49,866 nt of DNA from Candidatus Parcubacteria bacterium (lineage in GTDB: Bacteria; Patescibacteriota; Minisyncoccia; Phycocordibacterales; UBA5272), in the NCBI GenBank assembly GCA_039805745.1, contig JBDLTQ010000005.1, positions 1-49,866 on the forward strand, in the 5' to 3' direction. The notes beneath the pieces are model-generated. The model was not told where the DNA came from. It did not search any database and saw only the letters and a list, made by a program, of their open reading frames with translations. Below, one piece after another: positions 7,774-16,724 of the stretch (position 1 is its first letter; every line of letters begins with the position of its first letter). Both the position numbers and the translations under genes were made by a program.

Positions 7774-8466
7774 ATGCGATTACATCGCTTCTATATACAA
7801 CAACCCCTTGGTGAAGGAATACTACGTATAGAGATACAAGAACTGATTCATCAGTGGATGCACGTGTTCCGCTATACAAAAGGCGATCACGTGCTTCTTT
7901 TTTCTCCCGACGCACCAAAAGATTATGAGTATGAAATTATCTCTGCAACAAAAAAAGAGGTTGTGTTGTCGTATATACAAACGATCCCTAACATTAATCC
8001 TCCTTCAAAAAAATCTCTTTTTATGGCTCTTGTCAAAAAAGATACTTTTGAAACAATTGTACGCCACGCAACAGAAATTGGTATCACTGATATATATCCT
8101 GTACTTTCCGCACGTTCAGAAAAGAAAAATATTAATTTTACACGACTGCAAACTATCGCAAGAGAAGCTTCTGAACAATCAGGAAGGGGTGTGGTTCCTT
8201 ACATACATCCAATCACATCTTTTTCTCAAGCGGTTATACATAGTAATGATGCACATATTATTTTTGATAGTACAGGATCCTCTCTTGCTGAGACTACACA
8301 GATAAAAAAAGAAGCGATATGGATTGGACCAGAAGGGGGATGGACTACCGATGAAATGGAAACTTTTACACAACTAAAAGTCACAATAGTGTCTTTAGGG
8401 GAAACAACACTTAAAGCAGACACTGCCGCTATTCTCGGTGTAGGAATCCTTATGAAATCACTTTAA
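7774..8466 (+). CDS. rsmE: 16S rRNA (uracil1498-N3)-methyltransferase
   Basis: MRLHRFYI... N-terminus and the C-terminal IGPEGGWT...LG..TLKADTA motif are typical of RsmE. ATG at 7774. Confidence 0.88.
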   Translation: MRLHRFYIQQPLGEGILRIEIQELIHQWMHVFRYTKGDHVLLFSPDAPKDYEYEIISATKKEVVLSYIQTIPNINPPSKKSLFMALVKKDTFETIVRHATEIGITDIYPVLSARSEKKNINFTRLQTIAREASEQSGRGVVPYIHPITSFSQAVIHSNDAHIIFDSTGSSLAETTQIKKEAIWIGPEGGWTTDEMETFTQLKVTIVSLGETTLKADTAAILGVGILMKSL

Positions 8467-8624
8467 ACTAAATCTCACGCAACACATAAAACTGCACGTG
8501 AGACACGCACTTCGAAAAAAATAAATCTACTGTAAAGATAGGTATTCCTAAAAACTTTGGTAGATTAAATAGTGAATGATACACTACCGTATAACCCTAC
8601 ACGGGACAAACTAACTATTATCAT

Positions 8625-9011
8625 ATGAAGAAAATCAACATAGATTACGCCTTGGTTTCTCGTTCACTTATTGCTCTTTTGTTTGTAGTAGCAGGAATCA
8701 ACAAAATAACTCAATTTACTCAAACATCTGGATTCATTGGGTCACTTGGTATTCCAGCACCAGCTATCGCAACTATTGCGGTTATTCTCATAGAAGTTCC
8801 TGTGGCTCTTCTTTTTGCATATGGATATAAAGTTCGTGAAACAGGATATACCCTCATTGCTTTCACAGTACTCGCTACACTTATTGTTCACAAAGACTAC
8901 TTTGGTAATGATATGGTGATGGTACTCAAAAATATATCTATCATCGGAGGTATTATGGCAGCAATAGCATGTACTTGTGCAAATTGTACTGTTCACGGAA
9001 AGAAGGGGTAG
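8625..9011 (+). CDS. DoxX-family membrane protein
   Basis: 128 aa with 4 TM segments. LIALLFVVAGINKI... is a typical DoxX N-terminus. Confidence 0.75.
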   Translation: MKKINIDYALVSRSLIALLFVVAGINKITQFTQTSGFIGSLGIPAPAIATIAVILIEVPVALLFAYGYKVRETGYTLIAFTVLATLIVHKDYFGNDMVMVLKNISIIGGIMAAIACTCANCTVHGKKG

Positions 9012-9047
9012 GTAAAAAACTACTTACTTTTTAGGAAACATATAAAA

Positions 9048-9074
9048 ACTGTCGCAAGCTTTGCTTGCGACAGT
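9048..9074. terminator. Bidirectional terminator between the DoxX gene and tig
   Basis: ACTGTCGCAAGC, loop TTT, GCTTGCGACAGT. Flanked by A5 and T5. Confidence 0.7.
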
Positions 9075-9106
9075 TTTTATTATTATTGTTTTTTTGAACA
9101 ATGTAC

Positions 9107-10189
9107 TTACTTAGTGCCTTCTTCTAGAAAACGAAGCACTTTATCATTTGTTATCACCTGATAAAGGTACCCTTTTGCTCTATCCTCATCAGCATCTTGT
9201 ACAGTAGCTAAAAGTCGAACAAGTTCTGCTTCTATTTCTGCTTCTGTTGCTTGAAGATTTTCAACATGCGCTATCTTGTGCAAAATAAGCTGTGAGAGTG
9301 AGCGTTTTATCGCATCATCACGCCATCCTGCCTTTATCTCATCTTCAGTTTTCTTCATGTGAGCAAGATACTCTTCCCATGTACCACCAAAACGAGTAAT
9401 ATCATGCTTCATCTGAGAAAGCATAGTATCTAACTCTCCTTCGATAACAACCTCTGGGAGGTCAACCTTGGTCTCAGCGGTAATTTTGTCAATAATAGCA
9501 GTACGACGCTTCTCACGAAGTTTTTGTTCTTTTTCAAGCTTAAGATTAGCACCAATCTTTTCTTTAAGATCTGCTACTGTCTTGAAATCTTCGCCAAAAC
9601 TTTGTGCAAATGCGTCATCAACTACAGGAAGATTTTCTTCTTTCTTATTATCACTTTCTGCTGTCACTTCATCGTGAGAATGATCGTGATGGTTGTGATC
9701 ATGGTCGTGATCATGATGTGCATGCCCTGCACGACCCTTACGAAGCTCTTCTACGACATCGTTAATATCTGTGTCAGTTACTTCCACTGTTTCTCCATCC
9801 TTCATAACTCCCTCTGCAATAGTGGTATATTTTGGAAGAGTAATTTCTGGCATAATAGAAATGGTCATCGTTGCCTCAAACGGATTACCTTTAGCAATCT
9901 TTGTGATAGCAATTTCTGGTTGAGCGATAGGATTAATCTTATGCTCATCAATTGCCTTCATATACGCATCACGGAGAGCGAGGTTAGCCATTTCTTCGAC
10001 AATAATCATCTCTCCATACTTTTGAATAACAATATGTTCTGGAGCATTTCCTTTACGAAAACCATCAACTTCAACTTCTTTTTGAACAGCTTGAAAAGCT
10101 TTCGCATGGTAACTATCAAATTCCTCCGTATCAAGAGAAACTCTGATTTCTATTTGTGATTTTGGTAAATCTTTCTTTTCAAATTTCAT
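9107..10189 (-). CDS. tig: Trigger factor, short form with a His/Asp-rich insert where the PPIase domain normally sits
   Basis: N-terminal ribosome-binding domain with the GFRKGNAP signature, plus a C-terminal TF arm domain. Only 360 aa. The middle carries GHAHHDHDHDHNHHDHSHDE. Confidence 0.85.
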   Translation of the reverse strand: MKFEKKDLPKSQIEIRVSLDTEEFDSYHAKAFQAVQKEVEVDGFRKGNAPEHIVIQKYGEMIIVEEMANLALRDAYMKAIDEHKINPIAQPEIAITKIAKGNPFEATMTISIMPEITLPKYTTIAEGVMKDGETVEVTDTDINDVVEELRKGRAGHAHHDHDHDHNHHDHSHDEVTAESDNKKEENLPVVDDAFAQSFGEDFKTVADLKEKIGANLKLEKEQKLREKRRTAIIDKITAETKVDLPEVVIEGELDTMLSQMKHDITRFGGTWEEYLAHMKKTEDEIKAGWRDDAIKRSLSQLILHKIAHVENLQATEAEIEAELVRLLATVQDADEDRAKGYLYQVITNDKVLRFLEEGTK

Positions 10190-10242
10190 ACTATAGACTG
10201 ACTAGTGTTTTGAGTGTTTTGGTTGATAGACACAAATCACTA

Positions 10243-10773
10243 TTATTTGTTAAATTCTTGCTTATAAAGAGCAATACCTTCTGCGATGACCATCTTTGCA
10301 TCTTCAACGTCTCGAACTGACTCGATCGTAACAACTTTTTTTTGAACCTGCTTATACGTTACCCAAAAATGCTCAATTTCCATTAACATATGCTCATTCA
10401 TATCTCCCAATGACTTCACATTCTTAAAGCGTGGATCACCAACAGGGACTGCGATAATCTTTGCATCACTTTCTCCTGAATCAACCATATCCATAACAGC
10501 AATCGGTCGAGCTTCAACTAATATTCCTGGCATAAGAGGGTGTGTTGTGAGGAGTACAACATCAAGCGGGTCACCATCATGCCAATGTGTCTGAGGAATA
10601 TACCCATAATCAAACGGATAATCCTGAGCCGTATGCATTACACGATCAAGCTTGATAAGACCTGTTGCTTTATCGAGTTCATATTTATTCTTTGAACCTT
10701 TATTAATTTCAACAATTACATTAATCTCATCAGGAATATTATTCCCTGGCGCAATATCATGAAGTAAATTCAT
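10243..10773 (-). CDS. ppa: Inorganic pyrophosphatase (family I)
   Basis: EINKGSKNKYELDK...DYPFDYGYIP.T...DGDPLDVVLL are canonical family I motifs. Confidence 0.95.
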   Translation of the reverse strand: MNLLHDIAPGNNIPDEINVIVEINKGSKNKYELDKATGLIKLDRVMHTAQDYPFDYGYIPQTHWHDGDPLDVVLLTTHPLMPGILVEARPIAVMDMVDSGESDAKIIAVPVGDPRFKNVKSLGDMNEHMLMEIEHFWVTYKQVQKKVVTIESVRDVEDAKMVIAEGIALYKQEFNK

Positions 10774-10816
10774 ATGGATAAATCTATATACTAATTATGT
10801 TTATAAGCGGTAGTTA

Positions 10817-12175
10817 TTATTGTAGTACTTCTTCTTTTTCAGACATAGTCTCTTCAGGTGCTGATACTGTAGCTGTGTCTACAGTATCCTCGAGAGCTTC
10901 TTCTACAGAATTTTCAATTTCTGTATTTTTTGGAAGCTCTTCATCAACACCATTCATAGAACCAAGCACTTCATCAACCTCTTCTTCTAATGTTGTATTA
11001 ATTTGTACCTCATCAGTAGTGATAGAACCTTCTTCATCAGCTTCCACAACCACCTCACCAGAAGAAACAATATCTATCTTCCATCCAGTGAGCTTTGCGG
11101 CGAGACGAACATTCTGCCCACCTTTACCAATAGCAAGCGATTGCTCCTCTTGAGAAACAGTAACAAATGCTTTTCTCTCATCTTCAACAAGTTCAATTGA
11201 TACAACCTTAGCAGGGGAAAGGGCTGTTGCGATAAAACGACGAGCGTCATCTGACCATTCAATAACATCAATCTTCTCACCAGAAAGTTCTTCTGTAATA
11301 GCAGATACACGAGCACCACGCTGACCAACACATGCACCAACTGGATCAATACGATCATCAGTAGTACGAACAGCAATCTTTGAACGTGATCCTGGTTCAC
11401 GAGCAACAGATACAATCTCAACAACACCTTGTGCAATTTCGGCGCTTTCATTTTTGAAAAGTTCAATCAAGAATTTTGGATGTGATCGTGATAGACGAAT
11501 AGAAAGCCCGCGAAAACCTTCTTCAATTGAGAACAAAAAAGCTCGAACACGCTCGCCAGGACGAAGACGCTCAGAAGCAATTTGTTCTTCAAATGGAAGA
11601 ACAGCTGTTGTGCGTCCTAAGTCCACAAAAACAGTACCTCGTTCAACACGTTGAACAATACCTGACACAATAGTGTTTTCTTTATCCTTAAACTCTCCAA
11701 CAATACTCTCACGCTCCGCCTCACGAAGCTTTTGTACAATCACTTGCTTTGCTGTCTGAGCGGCAATACGACCGAAATCGTCTTGATTATCAAGAGGGAA
11801 AATAATCTCTTCGCCGAGTTCTGCATTTTTCTTTAACATCTTTGCAGTATCGAGAAGAATGTGTCTCTCTTCATTATAACGAGGAAGGAGACCTTCTTGT
11901 GCTTCTTCAGAAAGATTCATGACTACCACTTCTTCTTCACCTTCAACTGGCATACGCACAGTTGTTTCATTAACCACAATCTTTACCTGTTCAAAAGATG
12001 TTTCACCTGTATCAAAGTTGATCTGGCAACGCACAAGCTGACCACGCTTACCATATTCCTTTTGGTATGCAGCAGCAAGAGATTTTTCAACAGCGTCAAC
12101 CACTTTTTCATGAGCGATTTTCTTTTCTTGTTCGAGTTGCTCAAGAGCAACTTTGAGAGCTTTAATATCTAACAT
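10817..12175 (-). CDS. nusA: Transcription termination/antitermination factor NusA
   Basis: N-terminal domain, S1 domain (GIVQRVERGTVFVDLG), and two KH domains (PVGACVGQRGARV, AIGKGGQNVRLA). Acidic C-terminal tail. Confidence 0.95.
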   Translation of the reverse strand: MLDIKALKVALEQLEQEKKIAHEKVVDAVEKSLAAAYQKEYGKRGQLVRCQINFDTGETSFEQVKIVVNETTVRMPVEGEEEVVVMNLSEEAQEGLLPRYNEERHILLDTAKMLKKNAELGEEIIFPLDNQDDFGRIAAQTAKQVIVQKLREAERESIVGEFKDKENTIVSGIVQRVERGTVFVDLGRTTAVLPFEEQIASERLRPGERVRAFLFSIEEGFRGLSIRLSRSHPKFLIELFKNESAEIAQGVVEIVSVAREPGSRSKIAVRTTDDRIDPVGACVGQRGARVSAITEELSGEKIDVIEWSDDARRFIATALSPAKVVSIELVEDERKAFVTVSQEEQSLAIGKGGQNVRLAAKLTGWKIDIVSSGEVVVEADEEGSITTDEVQINTTLEEEVDEVLGSMNGVDEELPKNTEIENSVEEALEDTVDTATVSAPEETMSEKEEVLQ

Positions 12176-12352
12176 AATTATATGAATTATTTATAAAACT
12201 GAACGTTAAGTTCATCATATCCTAAAAAGAGGAACACGGACCCCTAAAAAAACGAATGGCCGGACTTTTGGTCCGACTCACAATCAATCACATCCGTATT
12301 ACCTATTACTATATAACACTTTTTCACAAAAAGCAAATTTTTGTACCGTATA

Positions 12353-12393
12353 TCAGAAAAAAGAAAAAGAGGGTTTGCGAAAGCAAACCCTCT
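12353..12393 (-). terminator. Intrinsic terminator of the GC-rich gene
   Basis: AGAGGGTTTGC (12368-12378), loop GAAA, GCAAACCCTCT (12383-12393). On the minus strand it is followed by TTTTCTTTTTTCTG. Confidence 0.65.
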
Positions 12394-12424
12394 CAAGGAT
12401 TCAAGGATCAAGATTTCATATGAC

Positions 12425-13080
12425 TCAAGACCCCAAAGTGGAAGTTAAGCCTTGCGGAAGACACACCGAAGCCGAACCAGAGTAGTCGCGGGCATGGCCA
12501 ACAACGCGGGCGTCGAACCGGACCCCGTCGTCAAGGAACCGGAAGTACGGAGACCGCGAGAAGACGCCACCGGCATCCGGAGCAAACTCGTCACCTGCAC
12601 AGTCAATCCAGAGGTCGTCATAGTGCTTGAGACGCTCGGGGTGGCAGAGGAGCATGATGCCGATAGCAAATGCACCCAGACCACACTCGCTCAAACCACA
12701 TTCGTTTGCGTTCATCACTTCACGTGCACGGCGAACCATCCTTCAGCGTTTTCAGGAAGCACCTGCTCGGCAAGCTTTTCGTTGGCGTAGCCGATACCAG
12801 GGAACAGTTCACGGAGGCGGTTGGTCTGCTTGGTGATACTCTTGCCGTTGGGCTTGTAACCCGAAAGGTAGCCGTAGCTCGAATCCACTTCCTCGTCTGC
12901 GTACTGGTTGGTGATAGAGAAGCATGAAGCAAGCTTCTTCAGCTCGGCTTGAAACTCTCCTCCGTTTTCGATAAGGCGCTGTGCGCCCTCCTTTTGGAGA
13001 TTCATGGCATCAATGCCGTCCTCCACGAATCAAATGATTTGTTTGCGTTGATTCGATGTCATCTTTTCAGATTGAGACAT
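12425..13080 (-). pseudogene. GC-rich foreign gene of unknown function, disrupted by an in-frame TGA and one frameshift
   Basis: The ATG at 13080 has AAGGAG upstream. There is an in-frame TGA at 13032-13030. The reading frame then continues 13026-12715. A frame change near 12725 (EGWFAV | RRAREVM) leads into ORF 12739-12425. GC far exceeds the flanks, and spurious ORFs appear in all frames. Confidence 0.6.
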
Positions 13081-13148
13081 ACCTTCTCCTTGTTAAAGAA
13101 CTCTTTCTGGACGCGACCAGAACCATCGCAAGTGTATCTTGCTTCAGA

Positions 13149-13178
13149 GATTCTAGTAAATACAATACACATTGTCAA
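13149..13178 (-). promoter_or_regulatory. Consensus-like promoter of the GC-rich gene
   Basis: Minus strand: TTGACA (13178-13173), 17 nt, TAGAAT (13154-13149). Confidence 0.55.
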
Positions 13179-13183
13179 TGTCA

Positions 13184-13210
13184 AGATATTCTCCCCATAC
13201 AAGAATATCT
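13184..13210. promoter_or_regulatory. 9-bp inverted repeat in the divergent promoter region (operator candidate)
   Basis: AGATATTCT (13184-13192) and AGAATATCT (13202-13210), separated by 9 nt. Confidence 0.3.
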
Positions 13211-13289
13211 AATCTTTTTACATACTCATGTATTCCTATGTGCTATACTAGAACTCTAGAAGAACTTTACATACTGGGAAAGGACAGTC

Positions 13290-13547
13290 ATGCATGAAAC
13301 CCAAGCTTTTATTATCTGGGAAAACACTTTACAACCGATTAAACGATCACTTTCAACTCATTGCCCGATCATGTTACGTGTTCATGGGGAGGGACATTTC
13401 TATGACGAGACAGTGTGTCGATGTGATGTATCTACGATAAAACCATTGATTCACCCAAATAGATGTAGCAGTGTGCGTCCATGTGAAGTGCGGACACATC
13501 TTATCGCACAAGGAGAAAAAGTAGAACAGCACTACAAACTTTTGTAA
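13290..13547 (+). CDS. Hypothetical Cys-rich small protein (85 aa)
   Basis: ORF with GGAAAGGA upstream and five Cys residues. Followed by a GC-rich hairpin. Confidence 0.5.
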   Translation: MHETQAFIIWENTLQPIKRSLSTHCPIMLRVHGEGHFYDETVCRCDVSTIKPLIHPNRCSSVRPCEVRTHLIAQGEKVEQHYKLL

Positions 13548-13563
13548 AGAAAAGGGGCAGCTA

Positions 13564-13592
13564 AAGCTGGATGCGCTATGCGCATCCAGCTT
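13564..13592 (+). terminator. Hairpin terminator, copy 1 of a shared GGATGCGC-TAY-GCGCATCC core
   Basis: AAGCTGGATGCGC, loop TAT, GCGCATCCAGCTT, followed by GTTTGTTT (a weak U-tract). Confidence 0.5.
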
Positions 13593-13760
13593 GTTTGTTT
13601 ATCACCACACGCACCCCAAAAAAATGAAGAAGGGTGCACCTTCATTGCACACATACCTACTATTTTCATCTACCACATTTAGTGATAGAGTGCTGTACAG
13701 GGTCTTGTTTTTTTGTAATAAAACAAATGATATCGTTATCTATTAAAGAAAGGACATGCC

Positions 13761-14534
13761 ATGCTTGGCTACATACTCAGGAAAGAACCATGTGAATTCT
13801 ATAGAGTAAACCTCACCCAAGATGGGGTTATTATTACACTAGCGACTTCTTTGTATCAACACATGATGAAAGAAATACTATCGCAAAAAAAGCAATGCAT
13901 TCTATCGAATGTAGGTATTGTTCAAGAAAAAGATACCACCATTTGCTCTATACCTTTCCCTTATATCTCTTACCCAAATACGTCACACAAAAAAATTAAC
14001 TGGGAAGAAATGCGTAAAAGTGCGGAGTCTTTGAATGTAATTCTTAGCTACCTCTCATGTGTTTATGACGAAGCACATAGGTATCCAATAAGTGAAAAAT
14101 CTCAACTTGTTCTGATGGAATGTTTTTCACAGGAAAGATACTCGTCTATCACAGTTGGTTTTAGTCCAAAAGCAATGTGTGTACTTAAAGAAAATGCAGA
14201 GGATGGCAAGTACTTCCCTTCGATTGTGCGCACAATGACTGTTGCTCACGAAAAGCTTTCTGAAACAACCACAAAAGGATTCCTTCGAAAGACACAAGAA
14301 GGTGGTCGTATCGGCATTACGCACCAAAACTTTTCAGCAATCATACGCAAAGAAGGTGTTCCAAACTTTAATGTTCCAGGAAACTGCGCCTGCTTAGGGG
14401 CAAATCCTGATAACTTCAAAATAGATGGTTTCCTTACTCCGCATAACATTGATACACCGCTACAACTCCTCACCATGGTAGTTGGCGTTGTGAGTTTTTG
14501 GAATGAAACCCTCAAACCACTTTGTTATGAGTAA
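13761..14534 (+). CDS. Hypothetical protein (257 aa), no recognisable domain
   Basis: ORF with AAAGGA SD context similar to ORF 13290. Followed by the twin hairpin. Confidence 0.6.
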   Translation: MLGYILRKEPCEFYRVNLTQDGVIITLATSLYQHMMKEILSQKKQCILSNVGIVQEKDTTICSIPFPYISYPNTSHKKINWEEMRKSAESLNVILSYLSCVYDEAHRYPISEKSQLVLMECFSQERYSSITVGFSPKAMCVLKENAEDGKYFPSIVRTMTVAHEKLSETTTKGFLRKTQEGGRIGITHQNFSAIIRKEGVPNFNVPGNCACLGANPDNFKIDGFLTPHNIDTPLQLLTMVVGVVSFWNETLKPLCYE

Positions 14535-14550
14535 CGTTCTGTCATCACCA

Positions 14551-14584
14551 AAAGCCGGATGCGCTACGCGCATCCGGCTTTTTC
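14551..14584 (+). terminator. Hairpin terminator, copy 2 of the shared core
   Basis: AAAGCCGGATGCGC, loop TAC, GCGCATCCGGCTTT, followed by TTTC. Confidence 0.65.
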
Positions 14585-14692
14585 ATATATCATATCCAAA
14601 CAATACAAGTAATCACAAACAAAACAAAGCGGTGTACAGGCGCACCACTTTGTTCTACCTTCTATACCCTAGATTCTAGATTCTTTTTTATT

Positions 14693-15379
14693 CTACTCCT
14701 TCACCACCTTTCCATCAGACAACCTCACCACCCTATCTGCCAACTTTCCATACTCTGGCTCATGTGTCACCATTACGATAGTAAGATTATCTTCTTTATT
14801 TAGTTTTTGAAAAATTTCCATCACTGTTTGAGATGAAAAAGAGTCGAGGTTAGCTGTTGGTTCATCAGCAAAAAGAATCTTTGGTTTGTGTGTTATCGCA
14901 CGTGCAATCGATACACGCTGTTGCTCACCACCTGATAGTTCAGATGGTGTGTTACCTGCTCGCACTGCGAGGTTAACACTTTCGAGAGCTTCATATGCGC
15001 GTTTTTCGGCAGTCTTTCTGCTTACACCTTGCATAAGAAGAGGGACCATGATGTTCTCAAGCGCAGTCAATTCTGGAAGAAGTGAATAATCCTGAAAGAC
15101 GTAACCAAGTTCATGTAAACGAAACACAGTCTTCTCGGTGTCAGACATTGTGTCTATTGTTTTATTGTTTACCTGTATAGAACCTGAAGTTGGTGTATCA
15201 AGAAGTGAAAGCTGGTACAAAAGAGTAGATTTACCCGCACCAGAACGTCCCATGATCGCCACAAACTCTCCCTCTTGCACTGTAAAATCAACACCTTTGA
15301 GAACTTCTGTGACATTTGTTCCATCAGTAAAGCTCTTTCGTATCTCTTGTGCTTGTATTATATTTTTTTTCATACTCAT
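14693..15379 (-). CDS. ABC transporter ATP-binding protein (MacB/LolD-type)
   Basis: Walker A GRSGAGKST, signature LSGGEQQRV, Walker B ILFADEPT, and an H-loop VTHE. Confidence 0.93.
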   Translation of the reverse strand: MSMKKNIIQAQEIRKSFTDGTNVTEVLKGVDFTVQEGEFVAIMGRSGAGKSTLLYQLSLLDTPTSGSIQVNNKTIDTMSDTEKTVFRLHELGYVFQDYSLLPELTALENIMVPLLMQGVSRKTAEKRAYEALESVNLAVRAGNTPSELSGGEQQRVSIARAITHKPKILFADEPTANLDSFSSQTVMEIFQKLNKEDNLTIVMVTHEPEYGKLADRVVRLSDGKVVKE

Positions 15380-15385
15380 ATCTTT

Positions 15386-16711
15386 TTATTTATTTCTACC
15401 TAAAATAGCATTAAGAGTGTTCGTCTTTACAATAATTCTTGCTGGCAAATATCCCGCCAAAATAGAAACAATAATAACGAGCATAAATTTTATTACAACA
15501 GATACCGGCTCTGCCACAAGGACAATCGTCGCAAATGGAGTATCAATAGGATGAGCATCAATATATGGCTTAAGAAGGACAAAGACTATACCGAGTGCAA
15601 GCACCGATCCAAGGAGTACGTAAAATAGTGCCTGAAAAATATAACTAAGCTCAATCGCAAACTCTGTAACACCGACAGCCTTCATAATACCAATCTGACG
15701 ACGACGGGTGAGGGCATTAATGTAAATAATGATAAAGATGGTAATGAGTGCTACCACCACAGACACCGAACCAAGTATTGTGCCAATAATACCAAAAAAG
15801 AGTTTAATGCTTACCAGAAAATCTGGCGCACCTTCTTCTGCAGTGTTTATCTTGGCATAGTCACTAAAACGATTATTGATAAGGGGGGTCTTCACCACAT
15901 ACGGATCAACTCCATTATTCATCACAATAGCGATCTCTGATACATCGCTATCTGTTTTTCCTAACATTTTCTTAAGTTCGGTATCAAGGATATATGCTCT
16001 TGATGAAACAAAAGCGACCTTCGAATCAATAATACCTCTGACAATAAAATCTTGAGTTACTGCTGAGGATTCATCAATAGTAGAGGCGAGTTCCTGACCT
16101 TCTTGGTCAGGATTAAGTGTAACTTTTGCACGAGAAACAGTAACACGAACAGTTGTTCCTACTTGTATATCTCGTAACAATGAAACCAAGTCTTTTACTC
16201 GACTGTACTCTTCAAGATACCCAGAACCAATGACAATACCTCGTGCATCACCTTCTTTTAACCACTCTCCTTGTACAACTGCTTTTGAAAGATGTGTCGT
16301 TGCTTCTTCTTTTTCTGGATTAATACCAGCTATTTGATTAGAAACAATGTTAGCATCTTCTTCTTTTCTTTTCTCTTGCCAATTTGCTTCTATTTTTGCA
16401 CCAGCAACAACACGAGAAGAGTAACTCTGTATTTCTGGAAAAGAAGCAAGCATGCTCTCGATGTCTCTTGTGTGTTCTATATAGGTATTCTCATCTCTAT
16501 TGGTAATCATAAGATCACCAGTCCACTGTTCCTTAAAAGCGCGTGACGCACCCTCGATAATACCAACAAGAAAGCCACTTGTTGCCACAAGGTTAAGAAA
16601 AGTAAGCATCATAATAAACACAATCAAACCTGTTGCCCACTTACTTCCGCGCATCACTTGTCGTACTGCGAGAAAGAACCCCAGTGAAACAGTATTAAAA
16701 AAATGTTTCAT
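15386..16711 (-). CDS. ABC transporter permease, FtsX/MacB-like
   Basis: N-terminal TM helix, a large extracytoplasmic domain, and a C-terminal FtsX-type 3-TM bundle. The ATG at 16711 avoids overlap with the upstream gene. Confidence 0.88.
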   Translation of the reverse strand: MKHFFNTVSLGFFLAVRQVMRGSKWATGLIVFIMMLTFLNLVATSGFLVGIIEGASRAFKEQWTGDLMITNRDENTYIEHTRDIESMLASFPEIQSYSSRVVAGAKIEANWQEKRKEEDANIVSNQIAGINPEKEEATTHLSKAVVQGEWLKEGDARGIVIGSGYLEEYSRVKDLVSLLRDIQVGTTVRVTVSRAKVTLNPDQEGQELASTIDESSAVTQDFIVRGIIDSKVAFVSSRAYILDTELKKMLGKTDSDVSEIAIVMNNGVDPYVVKTPLINNRFSDYAKINTAEEGAPDFLVSIKLFFGIIGTILGSVSVVVALITIFIIIYINALTRRRQIGIMKAVGVTEFAIELSYIFQALFYVLLGSVLALGIVFVLLKPYIDAHPIDTPFATIVLVAEPVSVVIKFMLVIIVSILAGYLPARIIVKTNTLNAILGRNK

Positions 16712-16724
16712 AACGATATAGTAT

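Noticed and set aside
12452-12927. Cluster of plus-strand ORFs (12452-12790, 12627-12836, 12670-12927) and minus-strand alternatives in the GC-rich patch.
   Set aside because: High GC removes stop codons in all frames. Only the minus-strand reading has a promoter, SD, terminator and protein-like sequence.
13564-14584. The twin hairpins as integron attC sites.
   Set aside because: There are no RYYYAAC/GTTRRRY core sites at the stem bases, the stems are perfect with no extrahelical bases, and no intI-type integrase is present. The XerC/D gene at 24.8 kb is unrelated in position.
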